This document shows, in pieces, positions 1 through 17,744 of a DNA stretch of 64,000 bases. Position 1 is the stretch's first letter; each line of letters starts with the position of its first letter. The position numbers and the translations under genes are program-made. Below the pieces are notes generated by a model. The model was not told the DNA's origin, did not search any database, and saw only the letters and a list, made by a program, of their open reading frames with translations. This DNA comes from the human T2T-CHM13v2.0 reference genome, Homo sapiens. The DNA lies in assembly GCF_009914755.1 (NCBI RefSeq), contig NC_060927.1. One strand, 5' to 3'.

Positions 1-748
1 ACAGGCATGAGCCACTGTGCCTAGCCTAATTTATTTCTTAAGGAAAAAAAATGTATAAATGTGTTAATATTTTAGGAATAGTGATCACGTGATAATCAAA
101 ATTGAGAGTGTTCACAAATTCAGTATATTTAGAAAAATACAGCCCTTTGATTATCTTTCATCTCTTCATAAAAACTGTCTCGTATTTTAAGGTCATCTTT
201 ATTAGTACATTGATAGTATGGGGAGACAAACTGAAGAGAACGAGTCAGAGTTTGGGTATCCATCTGTATTGTTTTCATTTCTTCGCTTCTTTGCAAGATG
301 CCTTTGGTTCTTCATGCAAACAGGCTATACATGTGCACATACTTAAAATCACCTTCAAAAGTAATTTTTGTTAAAATACTAGATCTCAGTCTCCTCAGGA
401 ATGCAGAGTGAGTCAAGACAACTAAAGGTGAATGTAAGAAAAAACCCAAGGAGTTTAACAGAACAACTAATCAGACTGAACATAGTTCAGAACTTTTCCT
501 TCTAATATTTTGATAGTTTGACAACAGTTTTTACTGAATGTTTACCCTTTTCAAAATTGTGTATGTTGCCAGCTTTAGGAAACAAGCAGGTTGATTTGGG
601 CTGATTGATACTGGTTTAAACCTACGCAAAGATAACCTTGTTCCTCAGTTGGCTAATGCTTGTTATTGAATAGAAAAACTAGCTATAATAAAGATTTTAA
701 TCTTTATTATATTAATAATATATTAATATTAAAAGGATTTAAATATCA

Positions 749-1243
<495 letters not shown>

Positions 1244-2284
1244 TTAAAAAATCAGATTAGAAATTGTGGCCCTGGACCAACTTTAAATTTCCCCTCAAAT
1301 TAGAAGAAAAAGATAATAAAGAATTGTTCTATTTTCTTACCCCTAGTGTTCATAATGTGCAGATTACATACAGTAGAACTGTATTCAGTTTACCTGAGAA
1401 GATAGAATTCATCAACCCAATTCCATGATTAGGGTATGTGTATGGGGTTCTGGCTGTCTTTAGGTGGGTGCTAGAACTGGTAACTAAGTTGAAGCTAAAT
1501 TGCTTTTTAGTTCATTGATTTAGATAGTACATTCAGCTGTTCATTATATTCTGGGAAGGTGCCCACATGAACTTGAAAGGAGCTATTGGCCCCTTGTAGA
1601 TAGGGTAGAAGAGAGTCTGGACTACTTTGAAAAACTAAGAGATGTGTTTGGTTAGCAAAAGAAGATGAAGCTGCAGTCAGAGGTACAAACTGGTTCAGTT
1701 AAGGAGGAAAAATAATTGAATTTGAAACAATATACGTAACACGTAGAAACTAAATAGTCTTTAATGAATACCTACTAGCTTGAAATCTCATTAGGGAAAA
1801 GAGTTTTCTCAATGTATGAAGTTATTAACCAAGAGCAGTGAAAAGCTGACATAACATATGTCAGTAGAGACTTGTATTTCCCAAATCTATCGAACATTGA
1901 AAACTTAAACATAGTAATTTATTGAAGGCACTCCCATAGAATCCTATCTGTTGTGTACTCAGATTAAAGGAGGTAGTGAAAATGAACTCAGATGAATTAA
2001 GTGATTGAAATTTTTGTTTATATTTAATATCTACACATTTGTTAATATAAGACTAATGGAACAAAAGTTAGTGATCATAATTTAGGCAACATGAAACAGT
2101 TGGTAATTGGTAAACATTGTTTATATGACCAAATGTAGATCTAATATTGTACATTATTGCATCAGGGTATGTCTTGTGACTTCCAGATTTTTCTCAGGTA
2201 TAAACACAGTTTTCTAAAGGCATTTTATACATTTGTTACCTAAAATGAACAACTGTGTAACTGTCAGCTATACCTAGAATTTTT

Positions 2285-2402
2285 TATCAGAAGTATTTTA
2301 GATTTTGGATTTTGGAGTATTTGTATTATACTTACTGTTTGAGTGCCACTAATCCAAAAATCCAAAATGTTTCAGATTTTTGGATTAAGGATGTTTAACC
2401 TG
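2285..2402. mobile_element. Tigger4/MER46-like fragment
   Basis: ttcagatttttggattaaggatgtttaacctg|ta end; internal palindromic ttttggat/atccaaaa. Confidence 0.65.
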
Positions 2403-2463
2403 TATATAGAAAGAGACTTATTTAGACAAACTTGAAAGACTCATGTACTACTTACACATAGGG

Positions 2464-2785
<322 letters not shown>

Positions 2786-2945
2786 TAAATGTTTTGCTGA
2801 CTAAAATATTAAGGGATTGCACTTGTCCATTCATAATTGTAGGAATAATAAGTTGCTACACTTTTCTAGGGATCTTACTCAACTGTTCACAGAATACATA
2901 GAGAAATGGCAAACTTGGTGAGTTATATAAAAATCTAGCATGTCT

Positions 2946-3239
2946 GGCTGAGTGCGGTAGCTCACACCTGTAATCCCAGCACTTTGGGAGGCCGAGGCGG
3001 GTGGATCATGAGGTCAGGTGTTTGAGACCAGCCCAGCCAACATAGTGAAACCCCGTCTCTACTAAAAATATGAAAAATTAGCCGGGCGTGGTGGCAGGTG
3101 CCTGTAATCCCAGCTCATCGGAAGGCTGAGGCAAGAGAATTGCAGTGAGCTGAGAGGTTGCAGTGAGCTGAGATCGCGCCACTGCACTCTAGCCCGGGCT
3201 ACAGTACAAGAGTCCATCTCAAAAAAAAAAAAAAAAAAA
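2946..3239 (+). mobile_element. AluS with internal duplication
   Basis: TSD aaaaatctagcatgtct 2929-45 / 3235-51. Confidence 0.95.
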
Positions 3240-3263
3240 TCTAGCATGTCTATTCCTGATGAC

Positions 3264-3449
3264 TTTTTTTTTTTTTTTTTTTGACACAGAGTCTTGCTCT
3301 GTCACCCAGGCTGGAGTGCAGTGATGTGATCTCCACTCACTGGGTTTCATCATGTTAGCCAGGTTGGTCTCGATCTCCTGACCTTGTGATCCACCCGCCT
3401 CAGCCTCCCAAAGTGCTGGGATTACAGGCGTGAGCCACCGTGCCCGGCC
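3264..3449 (-). mobile_element. Internally deleted AluY/Sc-like
   Basis: TSD tcctgatgactt 3254-65 / 3450-61; junction cactg|ggtttc. Confidence 0.93.
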
Positions 3450-3939
3450 TCCTGATGACTTAGCTGGGCTCACCTCTGTTTCTTCCCTTGAAGCCTTGGG
3501 ATGTCTTCCTGTTCTATGAGAAATTCCTTGAGACACACTGGGAATCCCTTTCCCTTAAGGAAAAGCTTTTCTGCAACTTTATGTGACTCAATATGAATTA
3601 ACATAATATTAACAATGGCAATGATAGTTGTGTCATTGGACTAGTGGAATTTTAAGATATTAATATTTAAGATATATTGTAATTTCAGAGATGCGTGGCT
3701 TCTTTCACTTGGCAAGTTTGAAATGATTCATTTATGTTTTGGGGATTTTTCAGCCAGAAAGGACAGCATACCACTCTGGAGCAATAGAGAATTTTAAAAG
3801 AGCAGTTTGGCTAAAGAGTAGGCCAGGTTCTTATAGGTCTTGGGAAATATTTTGAGCTTTATTGAACAGTCTAAGGGGAAGTCACTGTAAGGTTTTGAGC
3901 AAAGGAAGATTTGAATCTGATTTTTTTTTTCTTTCTTTT

Positions 3940-4575
3940 AAGCACACTGGCATGTTATCCAAACTCAGTATCACCAGTAATGGAACAAAATGACATTGTG
4001 TCTTTGCATTGTATCATATCAAGAGGAGGCATGATAACATTACCAATGTAAATTTCTTGTCAAATGTTTATCTAGAATCTGATCATGATACAACAAAGAG
4101 ATCCAGTGTGGGACATTCTACAAAAAGCTGGTCTGATCTTTAAAAAAGGTCAATGCCATAAAAGACTATAAAAAGGTGAGGAGGTGAATAGTTGAAGGAG
4201 ACAATGTATGACAATGTGTGTACTGTGTGTGTGGTCCTTGATAGATTATGGAATTTTTTAAAAACCATAAACACCTTGTTTTTGACAATTGGGGAAACTT
4301 ATATGTAGATAATTATCAATGTTAACTTTCTTGGATGTGATAATGATATTGTAGTTACATAGGAGATTGTCCCTGTTTGTAGGAGATGCATGCTGAAAAG
4401 GTTTTGGGGGAGTGAAAGGTATACAGTTTAAGTCGTTCAGGTGGAAAAAGTATATGTAGATGGAAATAAAGCAAATACAGCAAAATGTTACTGATCATTG
4501 ATATAGATGAAGAGTGGTGTTTATTGTACCAAACTTTCAACTTTTCTTTAGGTTAAAAAATTTAAAAATAAAAAG
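3940..4575 (+). mobile_element. Old L1M (L1MC/ME) 3' fragment
   Basis: gtgggacattctacaaaa, aatgttaactttcttggatgtgataatg, caacttttc...aaaaataaaa. Confidence 0.6.
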
Positions 4576-4724
4576 GGATAGGGTAGAACAACAGAACTAC
4601 AGAGTCTTACTTTTTGATTTAACATTTTAGTTTAGGTTCCAACTTCATTCAGTGTTATGTGAGATGATGGCCTCTTATGAAAAACCTCAGTAAAATTGAC
4701 CAACATTCCTTTATTTTAATTATT

Positions 4725-4812
4725 AAAAATTTTTTTTAAGAGATAGGGTCTTGCTGCATTGCCCAGACTAGTCTCCAATTCCTGGGCTCAAGTAATCCCC
4801 CCTCCTTAGCCT
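4725..4812 (-). mobile_element. Alu left monomer (FLAM/AluJ) fragment
   Basis: agatagggtcttgct...cctgggctcaagtaatcc. Confidence 0.8.
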
Positions 4813-5070
4813 AAAAAATTATGTGTGCTTTTAATCTAAAATACCCAAAGGCTTTTTTTTTTTTTTTTAATCCAGTAATTTTGTTGGAGTATGTTTTAGG
4901 GTTGGTCGTTCTGAGTTCATAGACTAATTTTGATTCATGTTCTCTCTTGCCTTGTGTAATTTTAAAAGTATCTTTTAGCTACTATAGAAATAGTACATTC
5001 TAGTTTTGAGCTGAGGATGTCTTTCTTGCTTATTCTCATAGAGACATCATTCTGTTCTTTATTCCCTCTA

Positions 5071-5668
<598 letters not shown>

Positions 5669-6942
5669 TCCCTTTTTTTTACTTTTAGTAACTTTGTATG
5701 GGATTTAACTTCTATACTTTGTTTCCTTTTTATGTGAATTTAGTTTTCCTCAACTTTTAGAAGGAAGCTAGTCAAGATAACGTTTCTAACTTCATACAAC
5801 TTCCTCTTCTGTTAAAAAATTATGGCACTTGTTTCCTAAGAATTCCTGGCTCTGTCCCTGTGCCCCATGTTAGTCTGTTCCTTCTCCCTTTTTCCTGTCC
5901 TGTTAGTTTTGGTCATCTCCCAGCAGTGGCTCTTCATAGCAGGCCCTCTCCTGGAAAGGATCTCTGACTGGTTAGTGTCAAGGGTTCATGGGGGTTAAAC
6001 TCTCCTGGCCCCTTTATGTCTTACCTTGGGTTCCCTGCCACTTGTGTACTATTGGTGTGGGCAAACCTCCTCCTAGCGCGCTGCGGTTCTCTAATTGGGT
6101 GCTGTGCCTTCTGGGTCGTACCTCTTGGGTGTTGGGAATTCTCCTGTTTTCAGGTCCTTTAATAAGGCTGGATTGCTTCCCACGTAGGTGCTGTAGCACT
6201 AGGGTTTGTGGCTGTGGTAGTTTGTCACCACCAACTTGTATTTTGGGGTTCTTGTAAATGTCTTTGCTATCTAGTTGTTCAGTAATTATGTGGGATCCAA
6301 GAAAATCACAAAACATTTCCATAAACATTTCCATCTCCACTTTTCCAGAATCTGCTAGATCTTCTTACCCTATTCTTAAAGAGTTTGCTGTATATGGTTT
6401 AATTTTTTCCTTAATATTTTTTCTTGATATCTTAAAATATATCTATGAATATTGCTTATTTTATTATGATGCACTCAGGGCAGTGAGGGATATTCACCTT
6501 AAGTCTTTAGGCATTTGTCTTTTTAATAGCTTTATGTAAATAGATATGGTAGATTTTTCTATCTTGTGATGCTGAATTTTATTTGTCTCTGCATTGATGT
6601 GACTAAGTTTCTTTTTTCTCATTAGGATGGTTTTTCTAATATCTCGAATCTAATTATCAAACTTTACAACTGTGTGTGAAGTGTGAGCAAATAAATTCCA
6701 GGTTTTGAGGGAGAGGAACTTTGCTTTTACTAGTGGGAGCCTTTTTGTTTTCTCCTGAATTGTCAAAGCTGTGACAGTTGCTGCATAGGCAAGGTCATAC
6801 CCACAGTAGAAGGAAATAGGGCAAGGATTCAGTTTCTTCAGTAATCTCTTGTGTCACAGAATTGAACATTTATTGCTAAGGAAACAGGAAAATTCTTTTA
6901 AAATACATTTTTTGAGTAAAGATTAGTTTACTTAAATAAATA

Positions 6943-7896
6943 CAGGCAGTCCTTGCTATGCAGGATAAGTAAAACAGCTAAAAATAATAATGCAAGCTGA
7001 AACCATGCAAAGCAATTTTAATAGTCAGTGGGAAAATTACAATTGTTTTGTGATCTTTAAAAATTTTTGTTAAATCACTAAAAACTTTTGTCAATTACAA
7101 AAGTGTAGGGAAATAAAAAAATAGTAAAACTACTGTTTACTACAGTATAATTTAAAATACTAGGAACATTGAGAATTAAAGTATTTTATTTCTTTGTAAA
7201 AAGCTTATCAATAGTAGTTTAAACAGCACTTCTCTGTGTCGTTTCTGTGCCTTGGTTGCTTCCAACATTTTATCCTTTGCAGTTTTAATGTCATGAAATA
7301 TCTCCTAGAGTTGCTTTAATGTGAAGTATTTTCCTGGAGTCACTTCCTTTGGGACGTTGCCATTCTTTCCATCACAACCAGTTTCCTCACTGATGTTGGT
7401 AAGTTCTGTGGCTGTATATCTAGAGGCTCTCAAACCCTGTCAGCCTTGCCACAGTCAGCATTTTCTTCTGTAACTCCATATATTCAAATTTCACTCCAGC
7501 ATTATCACTTTTCATTTCTTTGCTGCATTTTCATCTTTGTTGGCCAGCCCCGTTTGGATTATCTGTATTTGTAAAAAGTCCTTTGGGGTTTATCAGTGTA
7601 AGACAGGCAACACACTGCACTCTGGCTGTTTGTTGTCCATTGACCAATCACCAATAGAATGAAAGAAGGGAGGTGATTGGTCACTGATCCTGATGTTCAT
7701 CTGTTATTTACATGGTGGTTTGTGGACTGAAGAGCTGGCAATGAAGTTTGTCCTTTATATAATTACTCACAGTAATGTATGATAACTGAAATTTGAGCCA
7801 TGTTGTTGGGGACTGGTAATTAACTAAACCTTGGTATAAACCATGGTAATTGAAATTTGTGCATATTAGGATTATGCAAGGCAGGAACTCTGCCTG
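6943..7896. mobile_element. TcMar-Tigger DNA transposon (Tigger6-like), non-autonomous
   Basis: TA|caggcagtccttgctatgca ... tgcaaggcaggaactctgcctg|TA imperfect TIRs with TA TSD. Confidence 0.75.
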
Positions 7897-8245
7897 TAAT
7901 GTAAAAAAGCATACTTAGATTTGGTAAAAATGGTAAAGATAATAATGGGACTGAGTCTGAGAAATTTATGCAATAATGTAGTGTTTAAAAATATTTTTTA
8001 AAAAGTTAAGATTAAGGAATTATAGAGAAAATCCATGAAGGGGTGTGTGTATGTGTATACATTAATACTAAGGGTAAAGGTCTGAAAGGACAAAGTTGTA
8101 GTTTGTTCTGTGATTTCACTTTTCTACGGTGTTGAATATTCATATGACCAGAACCTTCATTTCTATGACCTGAGTAATTTCTTCTGGCACCGGACTGGCT
8201 CCCTCTCACAAATCCTCCTCTGTAGATGACTGATTTGTTTGTTAC

Positions 8246-8546
<301 letters not shown>

Positions 8547-9197
8547 GCTTGTTCGTTTTTGCAGCAGACGGAATAGTGGTGTTGTAGGTTAGGCCTGCAT
8601 TTATTTTTTGCAGATAAATGGAGAAGGGAGGAATGGTGGAAAAGATTACACAAGTGGCTAAAGGACTGACTTAAGGTTTTTATCTGCAAATTTTACAACT
8701 AGAGGGAGAAAACCTCCCTAAATATGTTTATTGTAAACATTTAGGACATATTGAAGAGTATAAAGAAATAAAAATATAAAATCACTTATAGTTCCATTAC
8801 TTAGATGAACTACTTCATCACTCTTAATATTTTGGTGTATGGCCAGCCATACTCTTCCTTTTTTATACATGCATACAGACTTTTGCACTTTTATATAAGA
8901 CACATTGAAGTGGCATTATACTGTACATGCTTCCTATAAGTGGATTTCCAGGGTACACACAAACTTTTAAAGCGTTTCTTTATGTAAAATTTAAAATATA
9001 CAAACAAACAAAAAAGCAAACAAAAAAAACCCCCAGGATAGAAACCAGACGAGTACAATGAACTTAATGTACCTATCACCCAACTTCAGTGATTTCAGTA
9101 CACGGGCAGTCTTGTTTCATCCATAGCCACCTACTTTTGCATTATTTTGAAGCATCTTCCAGGTAAGTATTTTGGTATATTTCAGTTAAAAACTTGA

Positions 9198-9606
<409 letters not shown>

Positions 9607-9743
9607 TAGATGCATATATATCATTTTCCTCAGATAATACAAAAAAAATCCTAACAGTGAATTTGGCCATGCTTATACTCTAGTGTCAAACTTCTAGTTT
9701 CCCCATCAGTATATATCCCTCATAAAAATGTTGTGCCTATTGA

Positions 9744-9878
9744 TAGGGTGACCGAATAACTTATTGTCCAAACTGGGACACTTTGAGATTGAAAGGATGC
9801 ACTGTTAATAATAATGCCCATGTAATAAACATAAACCAGGACTATATTTTGGCGCAGCTGGATTGTGTGCTCATCCTA
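9744..9878. mobile_element. MER94-like hAT-Blackjack MITE
   Basis: tagggtgacc...gtccaaactgggacactttgaga...tcatccta termini. Confidence 0.7.
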
Positions 9879-10158
9879 CCATTAGATCATGCATGTAAGA
9901 TATATATACACATGATCACTATATTACATAGTCAATAAGTGGTAAGATTTATTAAGTTTAAGTGTTTAATATATGCCCATGCATGGATATATATTAAAAT
10001 CTTCCCTTTAAAAGGGGTATTTTGAATTGGTAACTCAGAAAGTCCTAAGTTTTCATTCCTATGTGTTTTTGGAGCTGACAGTGATCATTAATTTTTTTTT
10101 AAGTACTGTAGCTTTAATTTTCATAATTAAGACTTTGTATTTGTATTGATATTTGCAG

Positions 10159-10340
10159 CTGGAGAATGCTGGAGGAGACCTTAAGGATGGCCACCACCAC
10201 TATGAAGGAGCTGTTGTCATTCTGGATGCTGGTGCTCAGTACGGGAAAGTCATAGACCGAAGAGTGAGGGAACTGTTCGTGCAGTCTGAAATTTTCCCCT
10301 TGGAAACACCAGCATTTGCTATAAAGGAACAAGGATTCCG
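10159..10340 (+). CDS. GMPS: GMPS exon 2 (LENAGG...EQGFR)
   Basis: tttgcag|CTG acceptor, CCG|gtagac donor; GATase N-terminal [10 protein letters not shown] motif. Confidence 0.97.
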
Positions 10341-10844
10341 GTAGACTTTTCACTAATCTTTTCATGAGGAGATTGAACTTAGATTGTGGAATATTTTATT
10401 ATTAATTTGCTTGAGCACTGAATTTTTCTACGAAAATAAGATATGGAATGGTTTTATGAGAAATTTCCCATGGCTCTGATTTGGGGAGAAAAAGGAAAAA
10501 TTTAAGCTTTCAGTTTAAAAAGATTAATTTTAATTGTACAGTTAAAAGAACTTATCATTTGAGTATTTTATGTTTTATAGGATTTGTGGGTCAGAGTTAG
10601 ATGTAGCTGTTGTGGCCATTCATTCATTTACTTAAAAGCATTTCATCAAAGGAAAGTAGGAAGTTGGCTAGAATACTCCAAAGAGAAGAAATCTGTGTAC
10701 AATAAGTGTTTTTGCTTCCTATCCCAATAGACTAGTTTCTAAAGTATGGAGATTTCTTAAATCTAATATATGGGCTAATTTTGACAGCTTGTACCCTTAG
10801 AACTAGTCAAAATAACAGCCAGCTTATGTAGTTTCTTCCTTTAA

Positions 10845-11164
<320 letters not shown>

Positions 11165-11937
11165 AGTGTCATGCTTTTTAATGCTTTTTTTTTTATTGTT
11201 GTTTTTTCTTAGATTAAGACTGTTACGTAGAAGCAAGCAACTGTAGTTTATGTCCTTAATTGGCTCTTAAACTCTAATATTAGATGTACTATGCTTCTCC
11301 CAAAATTTAAAATTTTATTTTTCTTAAAAGAATTGTCTTTCCAGTGTGAAAGTGGTTAAAAGAACTTTTAAAGACTTCACAGACATGTGTGCATTATCCT
11401 GTGTTTTGTTGGTTCTGAAGTAGAGTGAATTAGAAATTATAAAAGGCGGGCTTAAATTTAACTCTGCTCTAGTGTTAGGATACAGATAACAAATGACTCT
11501 TTTAAACTATGGAATTTTAGAGTAATAAGGGACCCTTGAGTTTATCTAATTCAGCTGATTTTATTTACCAGCAAGAACTAGTTTTTTAGAGGGATCAAAA
11601 AACTCTGTGATAAATCTGAATGCCTCTCTGTCAAATCAGAGCTCCATCATTCCCCTCACCCAAAACAAACAAAAAATCCCCAGCAAACTAACAGACTAAA
11701 CAGATACTAGAATAGGATAGCTGAATACTTGGCAAGAGAAATCTAATGGTGTTTCATGTCACTTGATCATAAACAGTGTCTAGGTTCAGCTTGTACCTAG
11801 AATTTCCCTTATGTAGTAGGAGAATAGAAACTATACTGCTGTGGCTTTTATTACTGTAATCCTTTCTGTAGAAATAACTATTTGACCACCCCTTTTCTAG
11901 AACATTTTGTGACATGAGAGACATCTTAACCTACCTA

Positions 11938-12251
11938 TTTTTATTTTTTTTTTATTATTTTTTTGAGATGGAGTCTCACTCTGTCGCTCAGGCTGGAATG
12001 CAGTGGTGCGATCTTGGCTCACTGCAGCCTCTGCCTCGCAGGTTCAACCTGGCAGATTCTCCTGCCTCAGCCTCCGGAGTAGCTGGGATTACAGGCATGT
12101 GCTGCCATGCCTGGTTAATTTTTTTATTTTTAGGAGAGATGAGGTTTCGCCATGTTGGCCAGTCTGGTCTTGAACTCCTGAGCTAAGGTAATCTGCCCGT
12201 TTCAGCCTCCCAAAGTGCTGGGATTACAGGCTTGAGCCACCCCTCGCGGCC
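11938..12251 (-). mobile_element. AluS
   Basis: TSD acctattttt. Confidence 0.95.
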
Positions 12252-12621
12252 CACCTATTTTTAGAAGCTTGATCTGCCTGATACATAAAATTGGTATTTG
12301 GAATGAATTACGGCTTATTGGGCCTTGTGATTGCAGGTTACTTTCAGAATAGCAGGATAGAAATGGAAGGCTCAAAGAGTGATTAGCTTTTAAAGATTTG
12401 TTGAAATAAGACTTTCTTAATTGGTTTAAGTACTACTTGAGTTTTATCCTTAACTAAGTCCATGACTTTTTTGTTTTTTTAATAGCACTAAGAATCTTAT
12501 ATCCTAGAGTTCTTTAGCAGATTAAGGGGTACTGGGCAGTCCCATGGTGGTTATCCTTTGTGAAACTAAATATAATATAATAGAATCTAGAGGTCTTGAT
12601 TATTCAGTATGTGTTTTATAG

Positions 12622-12948
<327 letters not shown>

Positions 12949-13223
12949 GTTAGCTTCTGTATTTTTAAGGAGTTAGGTTATAGATCTACCCTTAGGGGTA
13001 ACCCCATCCCCCTTTAGAATTGTTATCTTAAATATCATTTTTATCATCTGAGTAGCTTGTCTTCCATCTCTCTTTTGCAGGACACACACTAACAAATGTT
13101 TACCACATCTCAGGTTGCCCATACAAAGTTCAAAAGGTGCTTTTGAGCTCATTGAAGTTGCTGTTTTTTTAAAAAATGATCTAGCTTGCTGAGTATTTTT
13201 TTTTTCTCTCACTGTTTTGGTTT

Positions 13224-13361
13224 TTATTTTTTTAAATTTTTTGTAGACATGGGGTTTTGCCACATTGCCCAGGCTGGTCTCGAGCTCCTGGGCTCAAGCA
13301 ATCTGCCCGTCTCTGTTTCCCAAAGTGCTGTGATTACAGGTTTGAGCATCCATGCCCAGCC
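13224..13361 (-). mobile_element. Alu left monomer (FLAM/AluJ)
   Basis: Left-arm match only. Confidence 0.85.
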
Positions 13362-14569
13362 TTACTGAGATTTTTTTTTTTTTTTTTTTTTTTATATAAA
13401 TTTGACTTATGTTGTATTGTTCTTCTGGATGTATTATAAATCTAGCAATATACTTTGTATATTTTTATATGACAGGGAATCACTATTTAAAAAGTGTGTT
13501 GCAGTCCAAATTTGTAAGTAAGTTTTTATTAGATTTTACAATGCCTTTTTCTTTGAAATACAGATAAGTCAGATTTATCTGCAAACTCAAAGTGAGTTAG
13601 AGAGTACCTTAAATTGAATAAAGGGCCTAAGTATACCTTCATTGTGTGAGTGGGCATGTGTGGCAAACTGGAGAGCATGTGCAGCTTGAAGGTGCAAGCC
13701 ACTTTATGATTCCAATTGGTTGTAGTTATGCAGGAGTGAAGGCCCAGTGTTTCCAGATTTTTTTTTCCCTGAAGAAATTCCAGAAATCTGAATTTTTGTG
13801 AAATTCTTGATATTAAAATGTTTAAGTTTTTTTGAGTGAATACTCATGGCCAGTGTAGATGTATTAGTGGCCAGGAGAGGAACATAGGCCTCAGTTTGCA
13901 GTTTTCCCTTATTATAGTAGTTTGACTCCCAAGTTAACCCATGCTCTGCAAATTATAAGATAGCTAAATTATACTACTGACCTGATTTCTGAGAGCAGGG
14001 CATGTGGGGGCAGAAGTGTTACTAGCTCCCTTTCCTGGGCTCAGGGAAAATTGTTGGGGATGGTGGATGCTGTAAACAGGCAAAGTTGGGTAATGTATAC
14101 TTTCTATTCTGCCGTCTTTTGTTGTAGAGTATTTTGCTCTGAGCCATCCAGGGCCTTCATAATACCTTCAGTTGTTGTTCTTTGACCTGCTAGGCTCTGA
14201 GAAGACCTGTATTTTCACCATCTCTAGAATTCTTACGTACTTCTTCCATTGATAAGGAAACAAGTAAAACAAATCCATGCTAAGTATCACAGATAGAAAC
14301 ATTGGTATTATCTATTTGGAAGTTTGTGCTTATTAACAAGTAAATGCTGAATTGATAGACTTCTAAACATTGCAGTAAAGTACAGTAAAAATAATTAAAC
14401 CACGTAGGATGACAATTCGCTGTGATATAATTAGAATTTGCTACATTCTACCAAAAACAACGCAATTTCTGGATCTGTGTTGTTTCCCTCAGTGGTACAA
14501 GGGAGAGAGGGCATAGACCTTGTATAAAAATTAACAGAGATTCTTCACTGATTGTTCCTTAAATCACAG

Positions 14570-14684
14570 TGCTATTATCATCTCTGGAGGACCTAATTCT
14601 GTGTATGCTGAAGATGCTCCCTGGTTTGATCCAGCAATATTCACTATTGGCAAGCCTGTTCTTGGAATTTGCTATGGTATGCAG
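14570..14684 (+). CDS. GMPS: GMPS exon 3 (AIIISGGP...GICYGMQ; catalytic Cys)
   Basis: cacag|T acceptor, CAG|gtatgt donor; SGGP oxyanion strand and nucleophile GICYG. Confidence 0.97.
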
Positions 14685-14904
14685 GTATGTCAGCAAATTT
14701 GTTTTGAAAGCTTACTTATATTTTATTCTGTTTGTGAGTCATACTGTATTAGTATTTTCTCTCTTTAGGATATTTAGGATACTTAGTTGGATGAGATAAC
14801 TTGTGCATGTTACAACTATGTGAATTGCCACACTAGTATGGCAGAACTGGCCTGATAGGGAATCTATTTTCAAAGTAGTAAGTACACTGTTTCATGTAAC
14901 AAAA

Positions 14905-16870
<1,966 letters not shown>

Positions 16871-17744
16871 TAAAAGCCTCTTCTTTCCTTTCAAAGTTCT
16901 TTGAAAAGTGTTTGATTATGAGTTTGACTTGGCAAAAAGAAAGATTTTTTTCCATCTAGTAGTCTTAGAAGAGCCTGCACCCTGATTGAGTTGAATATTG
17001 GATATTGGCTGGCTTCTTTTTTTTTTTTGTCCCAAGGTGTAATATATTTATATAATTTATTGATTTTCTTTGTCAGAGTACTCAGTGTTAATCATATAGC
17101 ACAACTTATAGTTATATTAAATGGTTGTTAGTATATTGAGAGGCTTTGTAACATTTCCTAAGGAAGAATCTCACAAGATATATTTTTAAGGCCTACTTAT
17201 AGTGAAATACGTCTGAAAAATGCTCCTTTAATTTAAGAGATAATGGCTTAGTGTTTCCCCATTATGTCAGTTTCCTGATATAATTATAAGGCCAAATTGT
17301 TCTGTCATTCACTAGGATGTTTTATAGCCAAAGCCAGGCCTGCTGATGTTAAATGCATAACAATTTTTGCCTTTATTATCAGCTGAACTTTTGTAGTAAG
17401 ATAATGGGATATGCTGATCTTGGTTATTTGGGCAGAATTTGTCCTTCCATAAAATAATGATATAGATGATGCCGTCTAGCTAACGTGTGTTTGTAAAGGA
17501 CTGCCACTTAGTGACTAGGTTGGGTAATTTTAGGACCTAAGTGTATACCTTTGCCCCCCATGACATTCTGAAATTTGAGCAATTTCAGTGTCTTATATAC
17601 CATCTTTTCCCACTAACTGGACTCTCCTGTCAGAGGCTTTCTAATTGCTTCCTGGTGATTCTTTGCTTTAGAAGAAAAATGTCTATACTGCTCCCTTTAT
17701 ATCTCTTAACTGATTTACATCCCCCAGCCTAAAAAATAGAATAT

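Noticed and set aside
5988-6539. Overlapping 89-108 aa ORFs on both strands
   Set aside because: No recognisable domain or splice context; the region looks like degenerate LINE 5' sequence.
13059-13142. Strong polypyrimidine acceptor at 13080 with a possible 56-nt exon
   Set aside because: The only nearby donors (cag|gttgcc, aag|gtgctt) are weak; such decoys are common in introns.
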